Shown here: one piece after another, positions 1 to 9,008 of the stretch | How the letters are laid out: every line of letters starts with the position of its first letter | How positions within the stretch are numbered: the first letter of the stretch is position 1 | NCBI GenBank assembly: GCA_040901675.1 | Contig: JBBDYJ010000005.1 | Coordinates: forward strand, 1 to 52,440 | DNA: 52,440 nucleotides | Direction: 5' to 3' | From: Pirellulales bacterium | GTDB lineage: Bacteria; Planctomycetota; Planctomycetia; Pirellulales; JAICIG01 | Made by a program: the position numbers and the translations under genes | The notes under the pieces: generated by a model | Told to the model about the DNA's origin: nothing | The model's database searches: none | What the model saw: the letters and a program-made list of their open reading frames with translations, nothing else

Positions 1-34
1 GAACAAACTTGCATCGCTTCTGTGGGTCTCGCAT
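1..34 (-). CDS. Possible start of a further gene of the leftward operon (MRDPQKRCKFV..., runs off the window)
   Basis: ATG at 34 on the - strand is preceded by AAGGACCGCGACC, similar to the AAGGACCGTCGTC-ATG start of the 9009 gene. Only 11 codons are visible. Confidence 0.35.
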   Translation of the reverse strand, partial: MRDPQKRCKFV

Positions 35-110
35 GGTCGCGGTCCTTGTTGGAAAGTTTCAGTCGGAAGTCAAAACGCGGAAGGGGGAAGCCGTCGCTAG
101 CTACCAGGAA

Positions 111-3100
111 CTAGGAACTAGCTACTACTTGTTCTCCTTGGTTTATCTCGACATCGATGACGTTGAACGGACGTTCGGCTCGGCCTTGCCGCCCGAGCTG
201 ACGCAAAGCGGTGTTCAACGCGGAAAGCGTCTTGGGCCAGTTGGGCCGCAGCTCCAACGAGCGGCGGAAGGCGTCGACTGCGGACTGCCAGACCTGAAGG
301 CGGAGATGCGCCGTGCCCAGGTTGTGCCAGGCGGCCGCATCCTGCGGATAGCGCTCGACGAACGCCCCAAGGGCGCCGGCCGCCTCGGCCGGGCCGACGT
401 GCTCGAACAGCAACTGGCAGTATTGCCGCCCGACTTGCTCGTCGTCGGGGTACTGGGCCAACGCCCCCTCGAGCAACGCGATGGCCTCGGCCGGCCGCCC
501 GGCCTGGGCCAGCGCCTTCGATTCGATCAGCGACGCGGTTCCGCCGGAGGCGGACCAGCCGTCGACGATCTCGGGCCGGGACCGCATCTCACCGGCAAGC
601 TCGACCGCCTCTTGTGCCCGGCCTTGCTGCAATAAGTTCTCGGCCAGCCCCAGCCAGCCCTCCTGGTAGGCGGGCACGGTAACAATGATCACGCGCCATT
701 GGTCCTCGGCCGCGCCCAGGTCGCCCGTCCCCTCGTAGGCCACCGCCAGGTTCTGCCGCGCCTTGAAGCCGCGGATCCCCCGGTCGTAACTGCACAGGTA
801 CCGCTCCGGCGGCAGAATCAGCAACCGCTTGAACGTGCCGACCGCCTCGGCCGCCTGCCCCTGCTGCAACTGCGTCGTCCCCAGCCGGAACAGCAGCTCC
901 GCGTCGTCCGGAAATTTTTCCAAACCTTCCCGGCAGGCCGCCAGCGCCGAGTCGAGCTGGCCGTCTTGCGCCAGGCTGTTGACCAGCAAGGCGTAGACCT
1001 TGCGGATCTGCGATTCCTGGGGCGCCGAGGCGGCCAGGCTCCGCCACAGGTAGCGCACGGCCTTGGCGTGCCGCCCCATCTCGTCGAACGTCATCCCCAG
1101 GTTGAACAGGATGAACGGGTGTTTTGGGCGCTCGCGGAGGTCGGCCCGCAACAGCCGCAGGTCGCGGATCAGCTTCCCTCGCCGCCCCTCCGGCGTCTGG
1201 TCGCTGCCGGCGTGGACCACGAACAGGTCGGTGAACACGATCTGGCCCCCCGCCCGGTTGATCGCCGGCATGATCTGCTCGTGGATGCGGTGCTCGAACC
1301 GCAGGTCGGGCCGATTGCGCAACAGCTTGCAATGGTCCACCACCGTGAAGTCGTACGATCCGTCCGGCCCCTCGCGCGGGCAGCGGACCTGCACCACGCA
1401 GCCCAGGATCGACTCGGTCGTGACCTCGGGGAGCGGTTCGCCCGCGCGCGTCGAGGCCAGCGGCAGCCGCTCCCCGGCGCACAGCGACTCGACCAGCCCC
1501 CGCAGCTTGCGGCCATTGGCCTCGTCGATGACGTCGTCGGAGTCCATCCAGAACAGCCACTGGCCCGTGGCATGCCGCAGCGACTCGTTGCGGGCCGCCG
1601 AAAAGTCGTCGCACCAGGGGAAATGAAAAACCTTGGCGCCCAGCCGCTCGCAGATGGCCGGCGTCTGGTCCTTCGAGCCCGTATCGACCACGATCATCTC
1701 GTCCACCCACGGCTTGATGCTCGCCAGGCAGGCCTCGATCGTCCGCTCGTTGTCGCGGGCGATGAGGCACAACGAGAGTTTGCAGCGGTTGGTCTGCCGG
1801 CCCGGATCTGCGGGGTTCGCCCCGCCGTCGGGAACCTGCGATGTTGGCTGGACAGGCACATCATTCGAGGCGGCCTCCGTTTGCGACCACTTGGCGTCGA
1901 AGAGCTGCCGGTTGTGGGCCAGCAGGCCGTTCAGGTCGATGCCGTTGCCTTGAAAGCTGGCGTGGCCGAAGTGGTGGATATACGCCTCGCGGGCGATCAG
2001 CGCCTGGAAGCCGGCCTGGCGGGCCCGCAAACAAAAATCGTCGTCCTCAAAGTTCCCGATCCCGAACCGCTCGTCCAGCAGGCCCACGCGGTCGATGACC
2101 GCCCGCTTGATCAAGAGGCAGAACCCTACCAGCCGGTCGGTCTCCTCGACCTGGCCGGCGTGCCGCTTGCGCTGCTGCCAGGCGAAGCCGTCGAGGCAGG
2201 CCAGGTCGTCGTACCCTTGCACAACTTGCTGCGGGCCGCTGGCGCAGTTGGTGCACGGGCCGATCAGGCCGATCTCTTCCTGGCCGTGCAACGCGCCCAG
2301 CATCGCTTCCAGCCAGCCGGTGGTGACCAGCACGTCGTTGTTCAACAGCAGCACCTGCCGCCCGCGGCTGGCCTGGATCCCCTGGTTGGCGCCCGCCGGA
2401 AAACCCCGGTTCTCCGGGTTCGCGATCACCGTCACGCCTTCCAGCGTGCCCAGGTACTCCAGCGTCCCGTCCGTCGAGCCGTTGTCCACCATGATCAGCT
2501 CAAAAGGCTCGTCGGTCAAAAACCGAATGCTGGCCAGGCACGCCCGGGTGAATTCGAGCTGGTTGAACGTCACGATCACGATCGAGGTCAGCCCATAGTC
2601 GGGCCGCGGCCTCGGCCTGGCCGCCACGTCATACGCTTCGACAAAGAATTCTTCGCCCTGCTCGGCATCGGCCGCCGTGATTTGCAATGGGCCGATTCCG
2701 ACGACGCGCGATGCTCCCTGCTGCCTTCGGCCATTGAGCTCGGCGTTGCCGACCGGCGTGATCCGGGCGTCGAGTCCCGCCCGGAAGAACAGCTTCTCGA
2801 TCTCCCGGCGGGTGTAGTAGCGCCGCGCCCCGCACTTGCCATTGCCCTGGCCGTTGCCGTTGCCGTTGCCAAGCTCTTCCCAGGAGCCGGCGAGCAGGCC
2901 TGAGACCACGGCGTGGTGGCGCACGTTGGCGATACGCGCGCTCACCACGCCCCGGCGCGCCGGGGCCAGGCAGCGGCGTCCCTGGCGCAGCAAACTCAGC
3001 GGGTCGCGGCAGCGGACCAGCGCTTCGCCGCACTCGATCCGCCCCAGCGACCCCTCGGCAAACCGCTCCGGCGCCGCTTCGATCTCTGAAAGCTCGGCGC

Positions 3101-3929
3101 ATTGGTCCACCTTTTGGCGAATGAAGGAGCTAGGGGCAGCGCTTTCGCCCGGCGGACCAATGCGGGCCGAGTCTCCACCTTGACGCATGAACATAGGCTG
3201 CCAGCCGGCGGCTATCTCCACCCGCACGATCTCGTCTCGCTCGGCCAGGTGCTCTTGCCGCCGCGAGGCGGCCACCTCGTCCAGCCCCAGCTCCATGCCG
3301 CGGGTCGAGCCCCATTGGCTCTGGTCGCCGGCTGGATGGGGCGGGCAGAACGAGCGGATCCCGCCCAGCCGCCAGGCCCGGGCCGACAGCTCGATGTCTT
3401 CGCCGTTCGTGCCGATCACCGGCCGATCGGCAAACAGGTGCCTGATCCACTCGGTTTTCAAGAACCAGCCTTGCCCGACCAGGTCCACTTCGACCGGCTC
3501 GTCGCAGGGCCGCTGCCAGCCGTGCATCGTCCGCTCGGCGTAGCCGGCGCCGGCCAACCGGATGCCGGCCGTCCCCAGAATGCCCTGCGTGCCGGCCGCC
3601 TCCAACTGCTCCATCGTCCGCAGGCAGTTGGCCAGCCAATTGGCGCCCGGGACCGTGTCGTCGTCGAAGATGGCCACGTACTCAGTCGCAGCCAACAGCG
3701 CCAGCGCGAAGCGGCCATGGAAGAATGAGTTGTCGCTGCAAGTGACGAGCCGGTCCAGCCCCGCGGCCTCCAGCGCCGCCAGCAGCTTGGGCTGCGGCGC
3801 ATTGGCCCAGGCCCACGTGGCCACGGGGCGCACGCTCTGCCCGCGGACCGCCTCCAGTTGAGGCGGCAATGCCTGCGGGCGGCGGTACGTCGTCACGATC
3901 GCGGTGATGGTTTTTTCAGTAGCGGACAT
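111..3929 (-). CDS. Multi-domain glycosyltransferase: GT2-like, degenerate methyltransferase-like segment, GT2, GT2 and C-terminal TPRs (1272 aa)
   Basis: Three GT-A type modules: AIVTTYRR..IFDDD; SIVIVTFN..VDNGSTDGT..LLNNDV..GNFEDDDFC; SLCLIARDNE..VDTGSKD..WMDSDD..RIHEQ. The C-terminus has helical TPR-like repeats (LFNLG.., AWHNLGTAH..). Confidence 0.9.
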   Translation of the reverse strand: MSATEKTITAIVTTYRRPQALPPQLEAVRGQSVRPVATWAWANAPQPKLLAALEAAGLDRLVTCSDNSFFHGRFALALLAATEYVAIFDDDTVPGANWLANCLRTMEQLEAAGTQGILGTAGIRLAGAGYAERTMHGWQRPCDEPVEVDLVGQGWFLKTEWIRHLFADRPVIGTNGEDIELSARAWRLGGIRSFCPPHPAGDQSQWGSTRGMELGLDEVAASRRQEHLAERDEIVRVEIAAGWQPMFMRQGGDSARIGPPGESAAPSSFIRQKVDQCAELSEIEAAPERFAEGSLGRIECGEALVRCRDPLSLLRQGRRCLAPARRGVVSARIANVRHHAVVSGLLAGSWEELGNGNGNGQGNGKCGARRYYTRREIEKLFFRAGLDARITPVGNAELNGRRQQGASRVVGIGPLQITAADAEQGEEFFVEAYDVAARPRPRPDYGLTSIVIVTFNQLEFTRACLASIRFLTDEPFELIMVDNGSTDGTLEYLGTLEGVTVIANPENRGFPAGANQGIQASRGRQVLLLNNDVLVTTGWLEAMLGALHGQEEIGLIGPCTNCASGPQQVVQGYDDLACLDGFAWQQRKRHAGQVEETDRLVGFCLLIKRAVIDRVGLLDERFGIGNFEDDDFCLRARQAGFQALIAREAYIHHFGHASFQGNGIDLNGLLAHNRQLFDAKWSQTEAASNDVPVQPTSQVPDGGANPADPGRQTNRCKLSLCLIARDNERTIEACLASIKPWVDEMIVVDTGSKDQTPAICERLGAKVFHFPWCDDFSAARNESLRHATGQWLFWMDSDDVIDEANGRKLRGLVESLCAGERLPLASTRAGEPLPEVTTESILGCVVQVRCPREGPDGSYDFTVVDHCKLLRNRPDLRFEHRIHEQIMPAINRAGGQIVFTDLFVVHAGSDQTPEGRRGKLIRDLRLLRADLRERPKHPFILFNLGMTFDEMGRHAKAVRYLWRSLAASAPQESQIRKVYALLVNSLAQDGQLDSALAACREGLEKFPDDAELLFRLGTTQLQQGQAAEAVGTFKRLLILPPERYLCSYDRGIRGFKARQNLAVAYEGTGDLGAAEDQWRVIIVTVPAYQEGWLGLAENLLQQGRAQEAVELAGEMRSRPEIVDGWSASGGTASLIESKALAQAGRPAEAIALLEGALAQYPDDEQVGRQYCQLLFEHVGPAEAAGALGAFVERYPQDAAAWHNLGTAHLRLQVWQSAVDAFRRSLELRPNWPKTLSALNTALRQLGRQGRAERPFNVIDVEINQGEQVVASS

Positions 3930-3955
3930 CGCCAGGTCTCTAAGAGTCCTTGAAC

Positions 3956-4005
3956 TACCTATTCCCTGTTACCTATTCCCTGTCACCTGTTCCCTGTTAC
4001 CCGTT
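3956..4005. repeat. 14-bp (2x7) tandem repeat TACCTATTCCCTGT, about 3.5 copies
   Basis: tacctattccctgt tacctattccctgt cacctgttccctgt tacccgtt lies between the dehydrogenase and GT genes. Confidence 0.85.
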
Positions 4006-4885
4006 AAAAGTTGGTGCCGATGCCGGGTCCCAGCACTGGCGTGCGCGACTCCGCGTTGCGGTGCCAGGCGCCGATCAGCACGTGAGCGTTGACGGCCAGG
4101 TCCTGAGCCGTGCCGATCAAGGCCGGCACGTCCTTGAGCAGGTTGTTCCCAAACCCCGCCTTCCCATCCGGTCCGGGCACCAGGGTGTGCGACCGGCCGA
4201 TTCGCTCATCGGCCAGCACGGCTTCCATCACATAGTCCCAGCGGCAGGACAACCACCGCGAGACCGCGCGCATCTCGTTGAAGTAGCTGACCTTGACCGC
4301 AAAGAAGCAGTTCGAGATATACTTGACCAGCTCCGCTTCCGTGGGGCGCATCAGCAGTAGCGGGGACTCGGGGAACCGGCGGCCGTAGACCCGCGTCAGC
4401 ACCAGCGCCGCCCGGCACGATCTTCGCGGCGCCCCGATCAACAGGCGTGAAGGCTTTTCGAAATCGACCAGGTTGGTCCGGGCGGTCATGAAGGCGGGCG
4501 AGCACACCAAGCCCCGCAGGCGGTATCGGTTGGCAAGGTCCTCGGTGGTCCCTGGCGGCACGGTCGACATCAGGACCAGTGTCTGGTCGCTCCCCTTCAC
4601 CGCGGCGAGCAGCTCGTGGATCGCCGAGAGATCCGCTGCTCCGGCCGGCGCTAGCGGCGTGGGCAGGCAGATGAACACCACCTGCTGCTTCAGCACTTGC
4701 ACCAGCGTGTGAGTGGCCCGTTCGGGGCGCCAGTCCCAGACTTTCACGTCGGTGTACCCCTTGAAGGCCCGCGCCACGGCCTTGCCCACGAAGCCGTGGC
4801 CGATCACGCCGATCGTGTCGATCGGGTATTCCGCCGTCGCGGCGGTTCCCGCATCGGACTCGGTTATTTCGGTTGTCGATTTCAT
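4004..4885 (-). CDS. UDP-glucose/GDP-mannose dehydrogenase family protein, short form with altered catalytic motifs
   Basis: IGVIGHGFVG Rossmann motif, FICLPTP, STVPPGT, EAELVKYISN..KVSYFNE and DERIG are present. There is no C-terminal UDP-binding domain, and GFGNNLLKD replaces GFGGxCFPKD. Confidence 0.85.
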   Translation of the reverse strand: MKSTTEITESDAGTAATAEYPIDTIGVIGHGFVGKAVARAFKGYTDVKVWDWRPERATHTLVQVLKQQVVFICLPTPLAPAGAADLSAIHELLAAVKGSDQTLVLMSTVPPGTTEDLANRYRLRGLVCSPAFMTARTNLVDFEKPSRLLIGAPRRSCRAALVLTRVYGRRFPESPLLLMRPTEAELVKYISNCFFAVKVSYFNEMRAVSRWLSCRWDYVMEAVLADERIGRSHTLVPGPDGKAGFGNNLLKDVPALIGTAQDLAVNAHVLIGAWHRNAESRTPVLGPGIGTNF

Positions 4886-4943
4886 TTTGGTTGCCTTTTG
4901 CCTTCGGCCACGTTAGCCACGGTTTGGCTTTTGTCCGGCTGGG

Positions 4944-5615
4944 TCACTCGTCGGGGACGTCCCGCATCTCGACGGCCTCGACGAGCCGCTCATGGAACGA
5001 CCGACGCCGCTCCAGCACCGGGTCGCGATCAGAAGCATGTGCGCGGTCGATCGCATCCAGGACGGCCTGGTTACAGCCGGCGGCTCGCGCATGTTTGCGA
5101 TGGCAAGCCATGCAATCGATTGTTTTGTTCATCCACCCCTCCACGTTCTCTGGCGGGATCGGCCAGCATGGCCGATAGTCGTAGAACGTGGCCAGGACGA
5201 CGGCCGGCAAGGTCCAGCCCAGCCGCTCCCGATCGGCGACAGTCGGCACGCCACGGAAAACTCGCGACGCCAGTTCGCAGATTTCGTCCCACGACTCGAA
5301 TTGCCGCCGGCGGGTAATGCACGCCGCGCCCCCGAGGCAGGGCGCCTCGGCCGCCTGGTCTCCCGCCGCCTTCATATCCCGTTCAGCAATTCCTTCTTGG
5401 GGGGACCGGGCACCCGGGCAGCAGTCTTGGCATTCGATCTCCACGATTTCCGGCTGCCACTCGAGCGCACGCGATGTCATGACCGACTCCCAAAGGTCGT
5501 CCAGTAACTTGAAGACGCCGCAACCCCCCTGCGAGAATTCGCAGGCACCCGTATCGCAGGCACCGGCCAGCTCCCTGCCGACAGGCTGAACTCGATAGCA
5601 TTTCCTTGCCGCCAT
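4944..5615 (-). CDS. Hypothetical Cys-rich protein (223 aa), first gene of the leftward operon
   Basis: ATG start preceded by GGAGA, co-oriented with the downstream genes, with several Cys clusters (CQDCC, CMACH). No family recognised. Confidence 0.6.
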   Translation of the reverse strand: MAARKCYRVQPVGRELAGACDTGACEFSQGGCGVFKLLDDLWESVMTSRALEWQPEIVEIECQDCCPGARSPQEGIAERDMKAAGDQAAEAPCLGGAACITRRRQFESWDEICELASRVFRGVPTVADRERLGWTLPAVVLATFYDYRPCWPIPPENVEGWMNKTIDCMACHRKHARAAGCNQAVLDAIDRAHASDRDPVLERRRSFHERLVEAVEMRDVPDE

Positions 5616-5707
5616 GGATATTTCTCCGGCGCAGCCACGTCTTGCTTAGAAGCAAAAGCGCACCGACACGAAGTCCAAAACCCTCAATCGACGCCATCGC
5701 GTCTTCC

Positions 5708-5752
5708 CCTATATCTACATTGACCTTCGAACCCTCGAAGTGGGTCCCGAAA
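5708..5752 (-). promoter_or_regulatory. Putative alternative-sigma promoter of the leftward operon
   Basis: The - strand reads TTTCGGGACCCAC...AAGGTCAATGTAGATATAGG, matching the motif at 8867-8911 with the same spacing. It ends about 92 nt before the ATG at 5615. Confidence 0.6.
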
Positions 5753-6534
5753 TCCCGAAACTTTTTTTCAGGCTGCCTTCGCTGTGGACAGAGTCGCGAA
5801 CTTTATCGTGCGCGAATGCGCGCGCTTTAAGGCTTGCCACCCACGTAGTTGCGCTGCTCGACGATCGGCCGCGCACTTGCTTTTCTCCGCGGTGCCCCAA
5901 GAATGCGAGTTGCCCGCCAGGCCGGCGCCGCACGTCAACTCAACGGCCGCCAGGGCCGCACGCCGCCGGCTAGCGCGGCGCAGCCTCCCAGCAAATGGAG
6001 GGGGCTCGCATGCTCGCCAATGAATCGGCACCTCTTCGCGCCCAGCCGCGCCCCAGGCATGAGCCACGGCGGCGAGCCAGGTACTCGCCACACAGCGGAA
6101 CCGGCCCAGGCACTTCATCAACCACGGCGGCGCGCGTGTCCAGCCGCGCGGGTCATGCACGAAACGACCCACCGCGGAAAAAAAGCAGTTTGGCCGCTGC
6201 TGCCCGCGACCGGTACAAACGGACAGTAGTCGTATGCTGGGTTGGGCAAGCTGCGCGGACTTTGCCGGGTCCGGCACAGGCCCGCAGAATTATTTTGGCA
6301 TCTTTCGGGGGGTAGATGTCAGGTTTTACCGCCGAATCTCGACTGTCTACCTAGCGGAAATGAGGCCCGGTTCCACAGCGAGTCGGCCTTCGCACAGCCA
6401 TCTCACGGTACGAGCACGGACGCGCCTGCTTGTCACATCCACTCGGCGTGGGTTCCCGAAGCGATCGTTTGGCACTCAGCCGGCCGCCGGCCGGCCCCAA
6501 ACGTTTCGCGGCTTTACGCGAAGGGAGTCGAGCC

Positions 6535-7179
6535 ATGGTGCGAAGACGAGACCCCGATGAGCCAGTTCCGTGGGCCAACCTGCTCAACCAGGTCATTCTG
6601 TGGTCCAAAGCGCCGCCCGAAGAATCCGTGCACTGGATCGAGCGCTGGCAATTCTACGAAGAAAACCCCTACTACCTGGCGCGGGTCGACGACTGCTGTC
6701 GAATTTACCTCGGACGAAAGGGCAGGTCGGACGATTGGCTGGATTACATGCAAATGGAGGTCCGCGAGCTCTTTGGCCACGAATTGAGCAAGCATCCCGA
6801 TCTTGGAATCGACTTCACCAGAATTCAGGAAACCTTTCCGGCCTGGCTCGACGGAGTGATCACCCGCCTTTGCGGCAAGGCCTACTCGCGCTTATGCCGA
6901 AGGTACGCCAGGCGGCAAACCCAGGGGCTTCCTCCACCGCGGCGGCCGCGGGTGGCGGATCCTCACCAAGCTCTGGATCTGTGCAGCGACATCGAGTGGG
7001 CGCTGCAACGCCTCGGTGGGCAGTGCGAGTCTCTGCTACGGATGTATTCCAACCATCCCATCCGCGAGATTGCCCGGCAGCAGAACATGCCCAGGTCCAC
7101 GCTTAAGAAACGCATCAAGCGTTGCCGGAATAAGTTGCGGCGGATCCTGAAGGACTACGAAGACGACGATCAACGCTGA
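6535..7179 (+). CDS. Divergent ECF sigma-70-like factor (paralog 1)
   Basis: Region-2-like FPAWLDGVITRLCGKAYSR and C-terminal sigma-4 HTH IREIARQQNMPRSTLKKRIKRCRNKLRRIL. RBS AAGGGAG precedes ATG 6535. Confidence 0.7.
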   Translation: MVRRRDPDEPVPWANLLNQVILWSKAPPEESVHWIERWQFYEENPYYLARVDDCCRIYLGRKGRSDDWLDYMQMEVRELFGHELSKHPDLGIDFTRIQETFPAWLDGVITRLCGKAYSRLCRRYARRQTQGLPPPRRPRVADPHQALDLCSDIEWALQRLGGQCESLLRMYSNHPIREIARQQNMPRSTLKKRIKRCRNKLRRILKDYEDDDQR

Positions 7180-7189
7180 ACACCGGACA

Positions 7190-7522
7190 TCAACCCGCGT
7201 GCTCGCCCGGTGTACCTGGGCCGTACAGGCGCTTGTGCTCGGCCATCAGGATCTCGTAGTGAGCAAAGTTCCAGCTTTGGAACGCGTAAATGAGCTGGTA
7301 AACGGAATCGGCAATTGGGCCGGGCAACTCGCGACGGACCAGCTTGGTCAACAGTTCAAAGTCGATCTTGGGGGCCAGCTTTTCATCCATGAAGGCCGGC
7401 CTGTCGCGTTCCAGCTCATCCCAGAGCGTGTCGCCCAGTTCATCGTCTTCGTCTTCATCCTCCAGGTCCTCGTCTTCTTGGAAGTCCAAGTCCTCGTCTT
7501 CTGGCAAGTCATCGTCGGTCAT
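7190..7522 (-). CDS. Small protein with highly acidic N-terminus, possible anti-sigma
   Basis: D/E-rich N-terminus followed by FELLTKLVRRELPGPIADSVYQLI. Convergent with the sigma-like gene; the start could extend to 7561. Confidence 0.6.
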   Translation of the reverse strand: MTDDDLPEDEDLDFQEDEDLEDEDEDDELGDTLWDELERDRPAFMDEKLAPKIDFELLTKLVRRELPGPIADSVYQLIYAFQSWNFAHYEILMAEHKRLYGPGTPGEHAG

Positions 7523-8057
7523 TTTGTCCTGCCGGCCCGCTTGCGTGATCAAATTGAGCACACCAGACTGTAGCGATTCTCGTCCAAGGGGGTCTGCCGC
7601 TCGCCGACCAAGTGATTCATCGGCTTGCGCCTTCCGCCATCGATCGAAGACAAACCATTGAGCTGGAAGACGCCTGGACGTCCTCCTTCCAACGTGCCTG
7701 GTTTGCCCATGTTAACGATTCCCTCTCTGCGGACCATGGCTTTTGGCAAAATTCTTGTTCCAGCAGCACTTTTCTTGGCCCAAGGTCGGATCGGCCAACA
7801 CAATATAGTTCTGCCAAGGTCGGGTGCCGAGCCGACCGGTTTTCAAACAGGGCATTCCTGCAGGAACATCCTGCCCTTTGTAAGAAAGTACCAGCGCGGC
7901 ACTATCCGCGCAGCAGCCCTTCGAGCGCAAAAGACGTTGCCACGGGTAGTTAAGATTCGATCCGGTAGAGTGGCGCCAACCGGTATGTCTTTTGCCCCGG
8001 AAAGTTGAGCGCCGCCGTCTGGCGACCGGACGGCGGGCCCAGCGAACCGAGGGAGCC

Positions 8058-8651
8058 ATGTGCGCTCAAGATTCGTCGAGTGAATTCCACCACGTGGCCC
8101 AGGAACTCATCGCGGCCATGGGCGACAGCCCGGGCGGGTCGTGGATCCACGTTTGGCGATGGCTTGCCGGCAACGAGCCCTATTGCCGACTCCTGCAGCA
8201 GGCCGTCGACGATGACCTGCGATGGCAAGGTCTGCCCGCGAACTGGACCATGGCGGTCGCCCACTTGGCGATGCTGGGGCTCGCGAGGCGCCTCGGCGAC
8301 TCGCGGTTCGACAAGCCGTTGCCAGAACCCGTTGCTGATTGGCTCATGCAACTGACACGCTCGGCCGGCCAGGACGCTGTACGCTCGCTGTTGAGTTGCC
8401 AGCCACGGTGCTGTGCCGTCGTCGACGAAATCCAAAAACCGTGCAACCAGTCGCGCCAGCACACGTTCGTCCGCTTCTGCTCGCTGGCCGATCGCTTCCA
8501 CGAGCCTTTCAGGACGGCGTTGCTGTTGGTTGCCCGCAAGCACACTCTCAAGGAAGCCTCTGCTGAACTGAGGCTTTCCTTAGCACAAACGAGGCGCGTC
8601 GCGCGCTTCGAACGGCGGATCCTCGCCGCGCTGCGGGCCGATCGCGAGTAG
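8058..8651 (+). CDS. Divergent ECF sigma-70-like factor (paralog 2)
   Basis: VADWLMQLTRSAGQDAVR (region-2-like) and FRTALLLVARKHTLKEASAELRLSLAQTRR (sigma-4 HTH-like). RBS GAGGGAG precedes ATG 8058. Confidence 0.6.
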   Translation: MCAQDSSSEFHHVAQELIAAMGDSPGGSWIHVWRWLAGNEPYCRLLQQAVDDDLRWQGLPANWTMAVAHLAMLGLARRLGDSRFDKPLPEPVADWLMQLTRSAGQDAVRSLLSCQPRCCAVVDEIQKPCNQSRQHTFVRFCSLADRFHEPFRTALLLVARKHTLKEASAELRLSLAQTRRVARFERRILAALRADRE

Positions 8652-8866
8652 CCCGTAACTCTCGCCCTTCTTCTCCAGCCTGCCAGGTCCAGTCCGACGA
8701 GGCAGCCGAGCGAACGGAAATTCTTTCCAATCTTCGTCCGCGCGCCCAAGGCCGCGCGTTCCGAAGCGCAACTGCCAAGCCGGCAAGGGCATCAGCGGAT
8801 CTTGTGTGCGGCGAATTCCGTGCGGCAGCGGTTGTCGTGATCCAAGAATCGAAAAATCTTGAAATT

Positions 8867-8911
8867 TTTCGTGGTCCAACCTGCCCGCTCCAAGGTCAAT
8901 GTGTATTTAGG
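8867..8911 (+). promoter_or_regulatory. Putative alternative-sigma promoter of the rightward operon
   Basis: TTTCGTGGTCCAA...AAGGTCAATGTGTATTTAGG shares an 11-bp identical core with 5717-5727. It ends about 97 nt before ATG 9009. Confidence 0.6.
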
Positions 8912-9008
8912 AGCACGCGATCTGGCACCACCGTGCAGGTGCAAGCCACGCACTGTGGCGGTGCGTGTCGGTAAGCGCGCTAGACACACAATCCAAAGGA
9001 CCGTCGTC

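Noticed and set aside
6285..6355. Fourth copy of the shared promoter motif upstream of sigma paralog 1
   Set aside because: TTTCGG is present, but the downstream element matches poorly and at the wrong spacing.
5760..6530. Short ORFs between the leftward operon and sigma paralog 1 (also 7560-8050)
   Set aside because: They overlap, conflict with each other and lack RBS or motifs, so they were treated as intergenic.
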